64,000 bases of DNA from an uncultured Acidobacteriota bacterium (GTDB lineage Bacteria; Acidobacteriota; Thermoanaerobaculia; Multivoradales; SZUA-115). A model generated the notes under the pieces. That model did no database searches and was not told where the DNA came from. It saw only the letters and a list, made by a program, of their open reading frames with translations. The position numbers and the translations under genes are program-made. The stretch is taken from the NCBI GenBank assembly GCA_963805975.1, contig CAWDVR010000002.1, forward strand, positions 864,001 through 928,000. Direction: 5' to 3'. Below are positions 29,794 through 39,982 of the stretch, one piece after another. Position 1 is the stretch's first letter. Every line of letters starts with the position of its first letter.

Positions 29794-32464
29794 TCAGGGC
29801 GTGTAGGTCACCGTGAGCTGCGGCCGGTTGACCACGGTGCGCGTCTCGCCGGGGTAGAAGCCAATGTAGTCGTAGCCCAGGTCGTCGTTGTCGTCCAGCG
29901 TGCAGTAGACCCGTAGTTGGGTCGTGCCGGTCTTGTTGACCGCGGCGAGGCCCGCCGCGTTGAGGGCGCCGGTCGAGGCCGAGCCGTTCGAGGCCGGGCT
30001 CGACATCGTCGCCACCTGGTTCGCGGTGGCCGCGGCCTGCCAGTCGGCAAAGGCGAAGGCGGTCGAGCCGCCGAAGCCGCCGGTCGAGATGTCCGCGACG
30101 CAGGAGCCGTGGGTGGTGAAGGGGCTGGTGCCGGAGATGGTGCCGCGCACCAGGCGCAGGGTGGCGGCGGTGATCGTCGCCGTGTCCGGGATCGAGGAGG
30201 TGTCGAAGGAGACGATCGACTTGTACTGCTCGTCGACGTTGGTGTCGCCGATCCGCAGCGCGGCCGTGTTGTTGTCGGTCGAGTTGCCGCCGCCGCCCAC
30301 GTTGGTCGTCTCGCCGCTCTCCCAGATGCCGGCCGTCCTGCGCCGCCACCGAGTTGAAGGTGACGGTGACGGGGGTCCCCCCGCCGACGCTGGTGACGGT
30401 GACCGGGATCTCGTTCGAGGTCAGCGTCGCGCCGCAGCCGGGGGTGGTGCGCTCCACCAGGAAGTAGCTGCCGGTGGCCGGGAAGTGGGCACAGTTGAGC
30501 TGAGTAGGTGGTCCCCGTCTGGCCGGAGAGGTTGGTGATCGCGCCGCCCGACACCGTGCGGTAGCCCCACTGGTGGGCGCTGGTGCCGCCGCCGGTGTCG
30601 GTCACCGTCGCGGTGCCGCCCAGGCACGGGCTGCCGATCGTGGTGCTGCCGGCCACGGCGATCGTCACGTTGGAGAGCGGCGGCGCGATCGACACCGTCG
30701 CGCTGCCGGCGCCCGGCTGGTTGCAGGTGGCGTTCGACAACGCTGGTGAGCGAGTAGGTGGTGGCGCTGCTGGGAGACACCGAGCGCGTCGCCGGGGTCG
30801 AGCTGACGCCGCTCTGTACGACGCCGTCCGACCAGGTGAGGGTCCACGGCCCGGTGCCCAGCAGATCCACCGTCAGCGTGGCCGGGCTGCCGGAGCAGAC
30901 CGCGGTCGAGCCGGAGACCTTCGCCGGGACGGCGCAGCCCAGGTCGAGGCGGCCGTGGCCGTAGACGTTGTTGGGCACCGCGCCCGCCGGGCTGCTGCAG
31001 GTGGTGGAGCCGAGGGTGATCGGCTTGGCCGACGAGGTGAGCCGGCTCTCGATCGCGGTGACGTTGCCGGAGAGCGACGGGAAGGCCGACAGCAGGAGCG
31101 CCACGCCGCCGGCCACGTGCGGCCCCGCCATCGAGGTGCCGGAGAGCGAGGAGTAGGCGGTGTCGCTGGTGCGGTAGGAGGAGCGGGTGCTGGTGCCGGG
31201 GGCCATGATGTCCGGCTTGATGCGGTTGCTGCCGTCCGCCGTGACCGGGCCGCGGCTGCTGAAGCTGGCGACCGTGTCCGTGCCGGTGTTGAGCGCGCCG
31301 GTGGTGAACGAGGGATCGTAGAAGCTCGGCGGGTCGACGATCGTCGAGCAGCCCGAGCCCGAGTTGCCGGCCGAGACCTCCATCACGATGCCGGCGGTGC
31401 GGGTGTTGGAGACCCCGGTGAGGAGGATGTTGGGCGTGGTGCAGCCCTCGCTCGCCGGGCAGCCCCAGGAGTTGACGGTGACGTGCGGGGCCTTCGCCGG
31501 ATCGCCCTGGCTGGGCGTGCCGCCCACCGGGTAGGGCGCCAGGAAGAACTCCATGCACTCGAGATAGGTAGTGGGCGTGCCGGCACCCTGACGTTCATGT
31601 TGCGGCAGCCGATCCACTTCGCGCCCGGCGCCATACCGACCTGGTTGGCGCCGTCGGCGCCCACCGCGGTGCCCATGGTGTGGGTGCCGTGGCCGTTGTC
31701 GTCGCAGGGCGCGTCGAGTTGGCGCCGCAGACGCCGCCGCCGCTGTGGATCGAGTCGTGCCAGTTGTAGTCGTGGCTGGCGGTGGTGCCGTTCCAGCCGC
31801 GGTACATGTTCTTGAGCGCGGCGTGGGTCCAGCGGTAGCCGGTGTCGGCGCCGCCCACGACGATGCCCTGGCCGGTGTAGCCGAGGCCCCAGACCTGCGG
31901 CGCCCGCACGTAGGAGATGCCGGGCTCGGCGGCGAGGATCGCCTTCTCCGACCATTCCGGATTGAACTCGAGGGGCAACGGCTCGTGGGGCTCGGGGATG
32001 GCCTGGCGCATCTCCGGGTTGCCGTCGATGCGGGCCACGTCGGCCCGCGCCGCGAGCGCCAGCGCCAGGCCGCGGTCGCCCTTCACCCAGATCGCGTTCA
32101 CCAGGTAGAAGGAGCGGTACTCCGCACCCCGGAGCTCGAGCTCGGCGAGGAGCGGGCCCTGGGTCTCCTGTGCCGTCTTCATCAGGGCCTGGTAGACGAA
32201 GTGGCCCTTGGCGAGCTTGCCCCGGAGCGCCGCCGCACCCGAGAGGTCCGCCTGCTCCGCCAGGACGACGAGGAACTCCGCCTCGGCGCCGGCCCTCGTG
32301 TTCTCGAACACCCACGGATCGATCTTCCCGGCTCCCGGCTGGGCCTGGGCAAAGTTGCCAGGCGCCAGCAGCGCACTGCTCAAGACCGCCAGGCACCACA
32401 GGCTCCGCCACCCCGAGCCCAGGCTGACGCCCGGCACCCTGCTCATCGAACTGCCTTTTTTCAT
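29794..32464 (-). pseudogene. Secreted S8 subtilase with Ig-like and C-terminal DNRLRE/CBM96-like domains; five frameshifts (possibly assembly error)
   Basis: Signal peptide, propeptide, ADTG (Asp), HGTHTMG (His), SAGN, SGTSMAGPHVAG (Ser) spread over successive frames. Shifts near 31712, 31590, 30740, 30503 and 30330. Confidence 0.85.
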
Positions 32465-32542
32465 GACTTTCTCCTCTGAACGACGGAGTGCCAGTACCGG
32501 TCGAATCAGAGACGAGCGCTAGACTCGCGGGCGGAGACAGGA

Positions 32543-33553
32543 ATGGCGAAGAGACGCTCCGCTCGCGACCAGCTCACGCTCTTCGGTGCCGTGGAGGCTC
32601 CACCGGCCGTGGGCACGGCTCTGTTCGAGCCCGAGCTGGAAGCGCTGGCAGCCGAGGTTCCGCCGGAGATCCGGCTGGGTGGCTCCACCTGGTCGTTCCC
32701 CGGCTGGGCCGGTCTGGTCTTCGACAAGGAATACCCGACCTCCGCGCTCGCCAGGGACGGCCTCGCGGCCTACGCGCAGCACCCGCTGTTCTCGATGGTG
32801 GGGGTCGATCGGACCTTCTACAAGCCGATGACCAGAGAGGAGCACGCCGCCTACGCCGCGGTGGTGCCGCCGGGCTTCCGTTTTCTGGTCAAGGCCCACG
32901 AGGCGCTGACCATCTTCCGTTACCCGGATCTCGACCGCTACGGCGAGCGCCGGGGCGAGATCAATCCCCTGTACCTGGACGCCGCCTACGCCAGCGAGGC
33001 GGTGGTCGCACCGATGGTCGCGGGACTCGGCGAGCGCCTGGGAGCGATCCTGTTCCAGTTCCCGCCCAAGGCGGCCGAGAGCCCCGAGGGCTTTGCCGAG
33101 CGGCTGGGCCATTTCCTGGGCAGCCTCCCGCGCGGGCCGGTCTACACCGTCGAGATCCGCAACCCCGCCCACCTCACCCCGGCCTACGTCGAGGCGCTCC
33201 GGAGCGCGGACGTCAGCCACTGCTACAACGTCTTCCCCGGCATGCCGGACCTCCTGACCCAGGCGCGCACGGTGGCCGGAACGGGGCCGGTGTTCGTGGT
33301 CCGCTGGGTGGTGCGGCCGGGCCTCACCTACGCCGGCGCCCGCACCCGCTTCGCACCCTTCCACGAGCTGGGCGACGAAGACCCGGCCACCCGCCGCACC
33401 GTGGCCGCCATGGCCCTCAAGGCGCTGAGCCGGGGCACTCCCTCCCTGCTCTCGATCCACAACCTGGCGGAAGGCTCCTCGCCGCTCTCGATCGTCGAGC
33501 TGGCGGAGGAGATCGTGCGGCAGAAGACGGCGGAAGCGCACTCCGCGAGGTGA
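32543..33553 (+). CDS. DUF72 family protein (YecE-like)
   Basis: IRLGGSTWSFPGW, VDRTFY, FRFLVKA, LGAILFQFPP, VEIRN. Confidence 0.88.
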   Translation: MAKRRSARDQLTLFGAVEAPPAVGTALFEPELEALAAEVPPEIRLGGSTWSFPGWAGLVFDKEYPTSALARDGLAAYAQHPLFSMVGVDRTFYKPMTREEHAAYAAVVPPGFRFLVKAHEALTIFRYPDLDRYGERRGEINPLYLDAAYASEAVVAPMVAGLGERLGAILFQFPPKAAESPEGFAERLGHFLGSLPRGPVYTVEIRNPAHLTPAYVEALRSADVSHCYNVFPGMPDLLTQARTVAGTGPVFVVRWVVRPGLTYAGARTRFAPFHELGDEDPATRRTVAAMALKALSRGTPSLLSIHNLAEGSSPLSIVELAEEIVRQKTAEAHSAR

Positions 33554-33559
33554 CAGCTC

Positions 33560-33858
33560 GTGGTGGTGGCATGCCTGACGGTGGTTTCGGCAGCCTCTCG
33601 ATGGGCCGACCCGAGCTACACCGTCGAGTACCCACAGGGCTATCGGCAGTGGACGCATGTGATGAGCTACGTGATCGGCGTCGCCGTGATGGTCAAGGAC
33701 AGTCAGCGTTATACCGAGACCGGGGGCTGGGCTACGAGGTCTTCGTTGGCAAGGGCCGGTCGAATGGTGTGTTGAATGCGCAGAGCCGGATGGGCTGCTA
33801 CGACCGCCATCTACGGCAAGAGAAGCAGGACTTTGTCTTCACTGCGCTGCGCGAGTGA
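33560..33858 (+). pseudogene. Cytochrome P460 family remnant
   Basis: YPQGYRQWTHV...VAVMVKDSQRYTETGGW, then a 1 nt frameshift near 33730 into YEVF...CYDRH...QDFVFT. The central part appears deleted and CxxCH is lost. Confidence 0.7.
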
Positions 33859-33917
33859 TCCAGAGGAGCAGCCGGGCCTCTGGCGAGGGGCAGCTCGGGA
33901 CCGCCGCTGCCTGCGGC

Positions 33918-35084
33918 CTACAACCCTCCATCCTGCTCCGCGCTCAACGCCATTCCCGAGCTCACCAGCCATTCCAGGGCCGCTTCGCCGGCGAGCTGGC
34001 GGCGCCAGCCGGAGAGGAGGGGGAGCGCGGGCTCGCGGCTGCGATCGCCGGCGACCCACCAGGCGAGGAGGGCTTCGGCCTCGGAGCGCGAGGAGACGAA
34101 GCGCGGGGCGATCTCGGCCTGGCGGGCCAGCTCCTCGAGCCGGTTCCAGAGCTTGCCCACGCGCTTGCGTTGCGGCAGCGAGAGGCGTGCCGGCCGCGGC
34201 GCGTCAATCCGTTGGCCCTTGGAGCGCCGGATCGCCGCCAGCACGTGCCGGCCATGGCGGCTGACCCACGTCGAGCCCAGGCCCTCGATCGCCGCGAAGT
34301 CCTCCGGCTTGTCGGGCAGGCGGCGCGCCAGCTCGAGCAGGGCGCGGTCCTTGACGATCCAGGACGGCGGCCGGTTGTCCTCGATCGCCTGCCGCTCCCG
34401 CCATTCGGCGAGCGCCTGGAGCGCGGCGAGCGAGCGCGGGGGCAGGGTCTGCCAGGCACCGAGGCGGAGATACGCGTCCTGGGGGGCGACGCGTCGGGTG
34501 GCGGACTCCGCGAGGCGCATCGACTCGGCTTCCACCCAGGCCAGCCGGCCGCGGTCGGCGAGGCGCCGCTCGAGCTCCTGCCACACCCGCGGCAGGTAGT
34601 ACACGTCGTCCAGGGCGTAGCGAATCTGTTCTGCCGAGAGGGGCCGGGCCAGCCAGTCGGTGAACTGCATGGCCTTGTCGAGGGCCGGGCCCGAGAGCTT
34701 TTCGACCAGCGCCGCGTAACCGATCTGGTCGCCGAGCCCGAGAAACGCGGCGGCGATCTGCGTGTCCACCACCTGCTGCGCGCGGGTGCCGAAGAGCGCC
34801 GCGAGAAGCGCGAGGTCGCCCTGCGCGGCGTGGAGAACAGTGCGGATCTCCTGGGAGGCGACCAGCGCCACGATCGGCGCCGGGTCCACCGCCAGCGGAT
34901 CGATGGCCGCCACGTGCGGCTCCTCGACCGGTCCCCAGCCCACCTGCAGCAGGGCGAGCTCCGGCTGGTAGCGGCCGGCGGAGGCGAACTCGAGGTCGAG
35001 GGCAAAGCAGCCGGCCTCCGCGATCGCACGCGCCACTGCCGCGACGTCGGCGGCCTGGGTGAGGGGTTGGGGGGCGTCGGACAA
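33918..35084 (-). CDS. rnd: Ribonuclease D (DEDDy exonuclease + HRDC)
   Basis: ALDLEF, LHAAQGD, DTQIAA, TDWLARPLS..QIRYALDDV, WRERQA..NRPPSWIV. TTG start inferred from -10 TAGAAT at 35144-35149. Confidence 0.9.
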   Translation of the reverse strand: MSDAPQPLTQAADVAAVARAIAEAGCFALDLEFASAGRYQPELALLQVGWGPVEEPHVAAIDPLAVDPAPIVALVASQEIRTVLHAAQGDLALLAALFGTRAQQVVDTQIAAAFLGLGDQIGYAALVEKLSGPALDKAMQFTDWLARPLSAEQIRYALDDVYYLPRVWQELERRLADRGRLAWVEAESMRLAESATRRVAPQDAYLRLGAWQTLPPRSLAALQALAEWRERQAIEDNRPPSWIVKDRALLELARRLPDKPEDFAAIEGLGSTWVSRHGRHVLAAIRRSKGQRIDAPRPARLSLPQRKRVGKLWNRLEELARQAEIAPRFVSSRSEAEALLAWWVAGDRSREPALPLLSGWRRQLAGEAALEWLVSSGMALSAEQDGGL

Positions 35085-35162
35085 GGCGGATGGAAGGAGG
35101 TTGGGCCAGAAGGCCGACCGCGTGCCGGCCGGCCGAAGGCGGGATTCTACCTTCGGCGCCAC

Positions 35163-36173
35163 TTACGCTCGCGCCAGCCCGACGGCGGTCCTCGTGGCCG
35201 CGTACACCACCATCGCGGCGAGCAGCAGCTTGACCCCGGCCGGCGCCAGCACGATGCCCACGCCGAAGAGGCCGACGGTCGAGAGCGTCCCACCGAGGGC
35301 CATCGCGAAGATCCGGCGCCATCGTCCGCTCACCTGCCAGGCGCGCAGTCGCCAGGCGAGCTTGATCTCGCGGAAGGAGAGCGCTCCCTGCGCCCCCGAG
35401 CCGGGTGCGGAAACTTGCGCCGCAGTCTCCCGCCAGGTCGCGGAGTCGCGCGCCATCGCGCGGCGCTCGAGCTCCGCCGCCTCGTCGCGGCTCGTGGGCC
35501 TGCCACTGGCGAGCGCCATCGCCACGGCACCGCCCACCAGCAGCGTGAACCCGAGGAAGGCTGCTCCCCCCAGCGTCGCGAGCCATGCCCCTTGGTGGGC
35601 CTGGAGGTACGCCTCGAGCGCCCGGAGCGGCGGCAGAGCGCTGCCGATCGCGATCACGAGGATCACCAGCGCGAGCCAGGCAACATTCTTCACCAGAGAC
35701 CACGAGCGAACCGCGAGTGTCGGCGGTGCCGGCAACGTGACTCTCTCCTCCTCGGGGGCCGGACCGGGAGAGTCTGCGGCCTCGTCCTCCGCGTCGAGAT
35801 CGGCCCCCATCTCCTCCGCCGCCACCGACTGGGCGCGAGTGAGCCTGCGAACGAGGGCGATCCAGAGGGCGTGGAAGCCGAACCAGGCTGCGACCACGCC
35901 CACGAGAAGAGTGAGGTTCCGCCCGTTCCATACCACGCCGGTCAGCCGAAAGAAGTGCAGGAAGGCGGCGCTCAGCCCGGCCCAGGCCAGCAGGTACAAA
36001 GCCCCCAGCCACCCCGCCCGTGCCCAGGGGCGGGGGCCGATCGTGTGCTCCGCCGCGGGCGGCGGCGGTTCGACGAGGGCGGCGCTGAAGCGCACCATGG
36101 CCCAGACCATCACCAGCAGCAGGATGGCCAGCGCGGCGAGCGCCGCGGGAAGCGATGAAGCGAGCGCCTGCAC
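35163..36173 (-). CDS. Hypothetical polytopic membrane protein
   Basis: About 7 hydrophobic segments with a central acidic loop; coding-like frame. No family recognised. Confidence 0.65.
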   Translation of the reverse strand: MQALASSLPAALAALAILLLVMVWAMVRFSAALVEPPPPAAEHTIGPRPWARAGWLGALYLLAWAGLSAAFLHFFRLTGVVWNGRNLTLLVGVVAAWFGFHALWIALVRRLTRAQSVAAEEMGADLDAEDEAADSPGPAPEEERVTLPAPPTLAVRSWSLVKNVAWLALVILVIAIGSALPPLRALEAYLQAHQGAWLATLGGAAFLGFTLLVGGAVAMALASGRPTSRDEAAELERRAMARDSATWRETAAQVSAPGSGAQGALSFREIKLAWRLRAWQVSGRWRRIFAMALGGTLSTVGLFGVGIVLAPAGVKLLLAAMVVYAATRTAVGLARA

Positions 36174-36197
36174 GGCAGCGGCTCAGAGAAACGGGCT

Positions 36198-37490
36198 TCA
36201 GGGCCGGCGAACGACCTTCCCGCCCAGCATCACGAAGTGGACGCGCTCCAGAAGGCTGAGATCGGAAAGCGGATCTCCGGGCACGGCGATGAGGTCCGCG
36301 AGCTTTCCCGGCTCGACGGTGCCGAGCCGGTCCTCCCAGCCCAGGAGCTCGGCACCGACGCGCGTGGCGGCCTCAATGGCCTGCATCGGGGTCATGCCGG
36401 CCCTGGCCAGCGCGGCGATCTCACGGGCGTTGATCTCCGGCGGGTAGCCGCCGAAGTCGCTCCCCACGGCGATCTTCACCCCGGCGCGGATCGCGGCCCC
36501 GAGCCGCTGGTAGTGCTCCGCGGCGTAGCGGCGGGAGAGCTCGACCATCTTGTCCTGCATGCCGGAGGGTGAGCCCTTCTCGATGTAGTAGTCGCCGATG
36601 TAGACGGTCGGCACCAGGAACACGCCGCGCTCCCTGGCGAGGGCGATGCCCTCGTCGTCGATGAAGGTGCCGTGCTCGATCGAGCGCACGCCGGCGCGGA
36701 TCGCCTGCTTGATCCCCTCCGCGGCGTGGGCGTGCGCCATCACCGGCACGCCGTGGCGCCCGGCCTCCTCGACCGCCACGGCCAGCTCCTCGGGCGAGAA
36801 GTGGACGTCCTGCGGGCTGTCGCCCGCCGACATGAAGGCGCCGGTGACCAGCAGCTTGATCCAGTCGCTGCCGTGCTTGATCTCCTCGCGCACCGCCTTG
36901 CGCATCTCCTCGACGCCGTCGACGATCCTGCCGTCCGGCACCACGTGGTGCTCGGGGCCCAGGAAATTGATGTCCCCGCCGCCACCGGTGATCGACAGGT
37001 AATGGCCGGCGCCGGTGAGGCGCGGCCCCACGAAGAGCCCCTCGTCGATCGCCCGCCGGAGGTCGAGGTGGGCGTAGTGGACGTCGGCGTCGCCGGCTAT
37101 GCGGAGCGTGGTCCAGCCGGCGTGCAGGTTGATCTGGACCGCTTTCAGGCCGCGGAGCGCCTTGGAAGCGGAGGAGCGCCGCAGGTGGTCGAGCTGGTAG
37201 TCGTCGCTCGAGATCAGCGGGTGGGAGTGCGCGTCGATCAAGCCCGGCAGTAGCGTCGAGCTCCCGAGATCGATCACCGGCACGCCGCTCGGGATGATCT
37301 CGCGGCCGCCCACGGCGGCGATGCGCTCGCCCTCGACCAGCACCGCGGCGTTCGTCCTCACCTCGCCGCTCCGGCCGTCGATCAGCCGTGCGGCGACGAT
37401 CGCGACGCGTGGCGACGGCGTGGGCTCGGCCACCGCCGGCATCGCGAGCGCTGCGGCGAGAAAGCAGAGGAACTTCATGCGCGGGGGCAT
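36198..37490 (-). CDS. Secreted metal-dependent amidohydrolase (Xaa-Pro dipeptidase-like)
   Basis: Signal peptide, LPGLIDAHSH, WIK, MAHAH, SIEHG, GSD, GKLADLI. Confidence 0.9.
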   Translation of the reverse strand: MPPRMKFLCFLAAALAMPAVAEPTPSPRVAIVAARLIDGRSGEVRTNAAVLVEGERIAAVGGREIIPSGVPVIDLGSSTLLPGLIDAHSHPLISSDDYQLDHLRRSSASKALRGLKAVQINLHAGWTTLRIAGDADVHYAHLDLRRAIDEGLFVGPRLTGAGHYLSITGGGGDINFLGPEHHVVPDGRIVDGVEEMRKAVREEIKHGSDWIKLLVTGAFMSAGDSPQDVHFSPEELAVAVEEAGRHGVPVMAHAHAAEGIKQAIRAGVRSIEHGTFIDDEGIALARERGVFLVPTVYIGDYYIEKGSPSGMQDKMVELSRRYAAEHYQRLGAAIRAGVKIAVGSDFGGYPPEINAREIAALARAGMTPMQAIEAATRVGAELLGWEDRLGTVEPGKLADLIAVPGDPLSDLSLLERVHFVMLGGKVVRRP

Positions 37491-37599
37491 GCGGTAACGA
37501 TCCTCTCACGATCTCGTAACGGCAGGCCGCTAGCTTCGTGGTCACGGGCCAGGGCCGGCGGTACGGCCCTACCGACGACCATCCACCCTGGAGGAACGC

Positions 37600-38817
37600 A
37601 TGTCGAGAAGACCCCTCAACCGCTGGCTGTTGGCATCAGGCACCCTGGCGCTCGCCGCCCTGCTCCCGGGCGCGCTCGCCGCTCAGGTAGTGACCCCGAG
37701 CCTCTTCTACTACGACGGCAGCAACCTCACGAGCTTCAACCGCAACACGATCTTTTGGGAGCCCACCGGGGAGTACGCTCTCCAGCCCGGCTTCAACCTC
37801 TCCTTCAACGGCCGGCCCGACCCCGCGGCGCCGTGCACGGTGGACAGGAATGGCCCCACGATCCGCAACCTCCACTGGGCGAGCTCCCTGGTCGATACCG
37901 GGATCGTCGACGGTGCCGACAAATGGACCCCGAGCTGCGAGAACTGGCAGGGGTTTACCTATGCGCGGGTCCACAACGCGGCCTCGGGCGGTGGCATCGG
38001 CTACCAGACGTACACCGGCAAGAAGCCCTACGACGAATCCCCGGCCTTCTGGTGGCCGTACGGACCGGGCGGCGACCGATACGGTGCCAACCCCAACCTG
38101 ATGGGGGCCTTCGGCACCTTCCGCTTCAACTTGGGGCTGCCGGGCACCTTGATGCGGCCGTGGAGCGGGAACAACCCGGACAACGACCGGCGGCGCATGG
38201 CGGTTCGCAGCACCCAGCTCCTCAAAAAGATCCAGGTGCAGGGCGCCCAGTCGCAGGTGCAGCAGCAGTTCGGGTTCACAGTGCTCAACGTGCGCTGCTG
38301 GCAGCAGGGCATCACTCCCACCAGGCCGTGCCAGCTCAACATCGTCGCCAACACCCTGGTGGTCAACACCCAGGCCCAGTACACCTCGAATGCCCACACC
38401 TTCCAGGACCCGGCACAGGGAAGCATTCCGGTGATCTACGGCCCGATCCCGAGCCAGGGCCAATCCCTCACCATGAGCTGCCCCGGCTTCGGCTGCGGCA
38501 ACAACGTCTGGACCTCCTGGCTGGACCCCACCCAGCACGGCAACACGCCGTGGCCGGGCCCCAAGACCTTCCAGATCGAGATCTCTTTCAACCAGCTCCT
38601 GCGCATGCTGGCCGTGACCACGGCCGCCCGGCTCGGGGAATCGTTCCCTACACCCGGTCAGATCGAGTCGGTCTACGGCGACCAGTACGCCAACCCGCAG
38701 CAGTGGGTGCTGCTGGACATCGGCTTCGGCCAGGAGGTGCACAACAAGAACGTCGCCCAGAACCGCGTCTACCTGGGCGGCAACATGACCAAGCTCGAGG
38801 TCTACGCGGCCGAGTGA
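37600..38817 (+). CDS. Secreted protein of unknown function
   Basis: RBS GGAGG, signal peptide ending ALAA/Q, strong GC3 bias. Rich in N, Q, G, T, P and W, with 6 Cys. Confidence 0.8.
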   Translation: MSRRPLNRWLLASGTLALAALLPGALAAQVVTPSLFYYDGSNLTSFNRNTIFWEPTGEYALQPGFNLSFNGRPDPAAPCTVDRNGPTIRNLHWASSLVDTGIVDGADKWTPSCENWQGFTYARVHNAASGGGIGYQTYTGKKPYDESPAFWWPYGPGGDRYGANPNLMGAFGTFRFNLGLPGTLMRPWSGNNPDNDRRRMAVRSTQLLKKIQVQGAQSQVQQQFGFTVLNVRCWQQGITPTRPCQLNIVANTLVVNTQAQYTSNAHTFQDPAQGSIPVIYGPIPSQGQSLTMSCPGFGCGNNVWTSWLDPTQHGNTPWPGPKTFQIEISFNQLLRMLAVTTAARLGESFPTPGQIESVYGDQYANPQQWVLLDIGFGQEVHNKNVAQNRVYLGGNMTKLEVYAAE

Positions 38818-38851
38818 GCGAGAACGCCGACCGCGCGCCAAGGGCGCGCGG

Positions 38852-39448
38852 TCAGTGCTTGCCCCAGATCTTCTCCAGCCGCGCGTCCCGGCCGCAGCTC
38901 GAGCGGTAGAAGCGGTAGCGGATCGGGTTCTTCTTGGAATAGTCCTGGTGGTACTCCTCGGCGCGGTAGAAGACGTCGAGCGGCACGATCTCGGTGTGGA
39001 TCGGCGAGGCCAGCTTGCCCGCCGCCTCGAGCGCCGCCTTGCTGGCCTCGGCGAGCTTCTTCTCTTCCGGCGTCCGGTAGAAGATCGCCGTGCGGTACTG
39101 CGGGCCGTGGTCGCAGAACTGCTGGTCTTTGACCGTGGGGTCGATGTTCTTCCAGAAGTGGTCGAGGAGCGCCTGGTAGCCGACCTTTGCCGGGTCGTAC
39201 ACCACCTCGATCGACTCGGTGTGGCCGGTGCCGCCGGCCGAGACCTGCTCGTAGGTGGGGTTCTTGATTCGGCCGCCGGCGTAGCCGGAGTCCACCCCCA
39301 CCACGCCGGGCAGCTTCTCGAAGTCGGCTTCGATGCACCAGAAGCAGCCGCCGGCAAAGTAGGCCTTCTCGGTCGGGGCCGCTCCGGCGCCGGCCGCCTG
39401 AAGCAAGGCGAACAGAATCGCCAAGGGAACCTTCCAACCTCGCTTCAT
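38852..39448 (-). CDS. msrA: Peptide-methionine (S)-S-oxide reductase, exported
   Basis: FAGGCFWC, GYAGG, PTYEQV, GHTE, AEEYHQDY; N-terminal signal peptide. Confidence 0.95.
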   Translation of the reverse strand: MKRGWKVPLAILFALLQAAGAGAAPTEKAYFAGGCFWCIEADFEKLPGVVGVDSGYAGGRIKNPTYEQVSAGGTGHTESIEVVYDPAKVGYQALLDHFWKNIDPTVKDQQFCDHGPQYRTAIFYRTPEEKKLAEASKAALEAAGKLASPIHTEIVPLDVFYRAEEYHQDYSKKNPIRYRFYRSSCGRDARLEKIWGKH

Positions 39449-39449
39449 G

Positions 39450-39974
39450 TCAGCTCCTCAGAGCCGGCAGCGGCTCGCCCTCGGGCACGAAGGTGAGCGC
39501 CACGCCGTTGTTGCAGTAGCGCTTGCCGGTGGGGCTCGGTCCGTCGTCGAAGACGTGGCCCTGGTGGCCGCCGCAGCGGGAGCAATGGTATTCGGTACGC
39601 GGCAGCACCAGCTTCCAGTCGGTCTTGGTCTCGAGGCTCCCGGGCAGGAAGTCCCAGAAGCTCGGCCAGCCGGTGCCGCTCTCGTACTTGGCGGCAGCGT
39701 CGAAGAGCGGCAGGAAACAGGCGGCGCAGAGGAACTTGCCCGGCCGCTTCTCGGCGTTCAGAGGGCTGGTGCCGGAGCGCTCGGTGGCCTCCTCGAAGAG
39801 CACCGCGTAGGAGTTGCCCGGCAGGAGCTTCTTCCACTCTTCCTTGGACTTCGAGAGCTTCCCGGAGCCCTTCCCCGCTTCGTTCGCCGCCATGGTCTTG
39901 CCTCCGCATGCGGCCGGCAGGGCGGAGGCCGCCAGCAAGCCGAGGGTCGATTGCAGGAAGTGTCGTCGGTTCAT
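39450..39974 (-). CDS. msrB: Peptide-methionine (R)-S-oxide reductase, Tat lipoprotein
   Basis: MNRRHFL Tat motif, PAAC lipobox, CAAC and CSRC Zn pairs, SGTGWPSF, GHVFDDGP, RYCNNG. Confidence 0.95.
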   Translation of the reverse strand: MNRRHFLQSTLGLLAASALPAACGGKTMAANEAGKGSGKLSKSKEEWKKLLPGNSYAVLFEEATERSGTSPLNAEKRPGKFLCAACFLPLFDAAAKYESGTGWPSFWDFLPGSLETKTDWKLVLPRTEYHCSRCGGHQGHVFDDGPSPTGKRYCNNGVALTFVPEGEPLPALRS

Positions 39975-39982
39975 ATCTCTTT

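Noticed and set aside
30330-31715. Programmed frameshifting or phase variation in the S8 gene
   Set aside because: The indels are not at slippery heptamers or long homopolymers, and five successive shifts are implausible.
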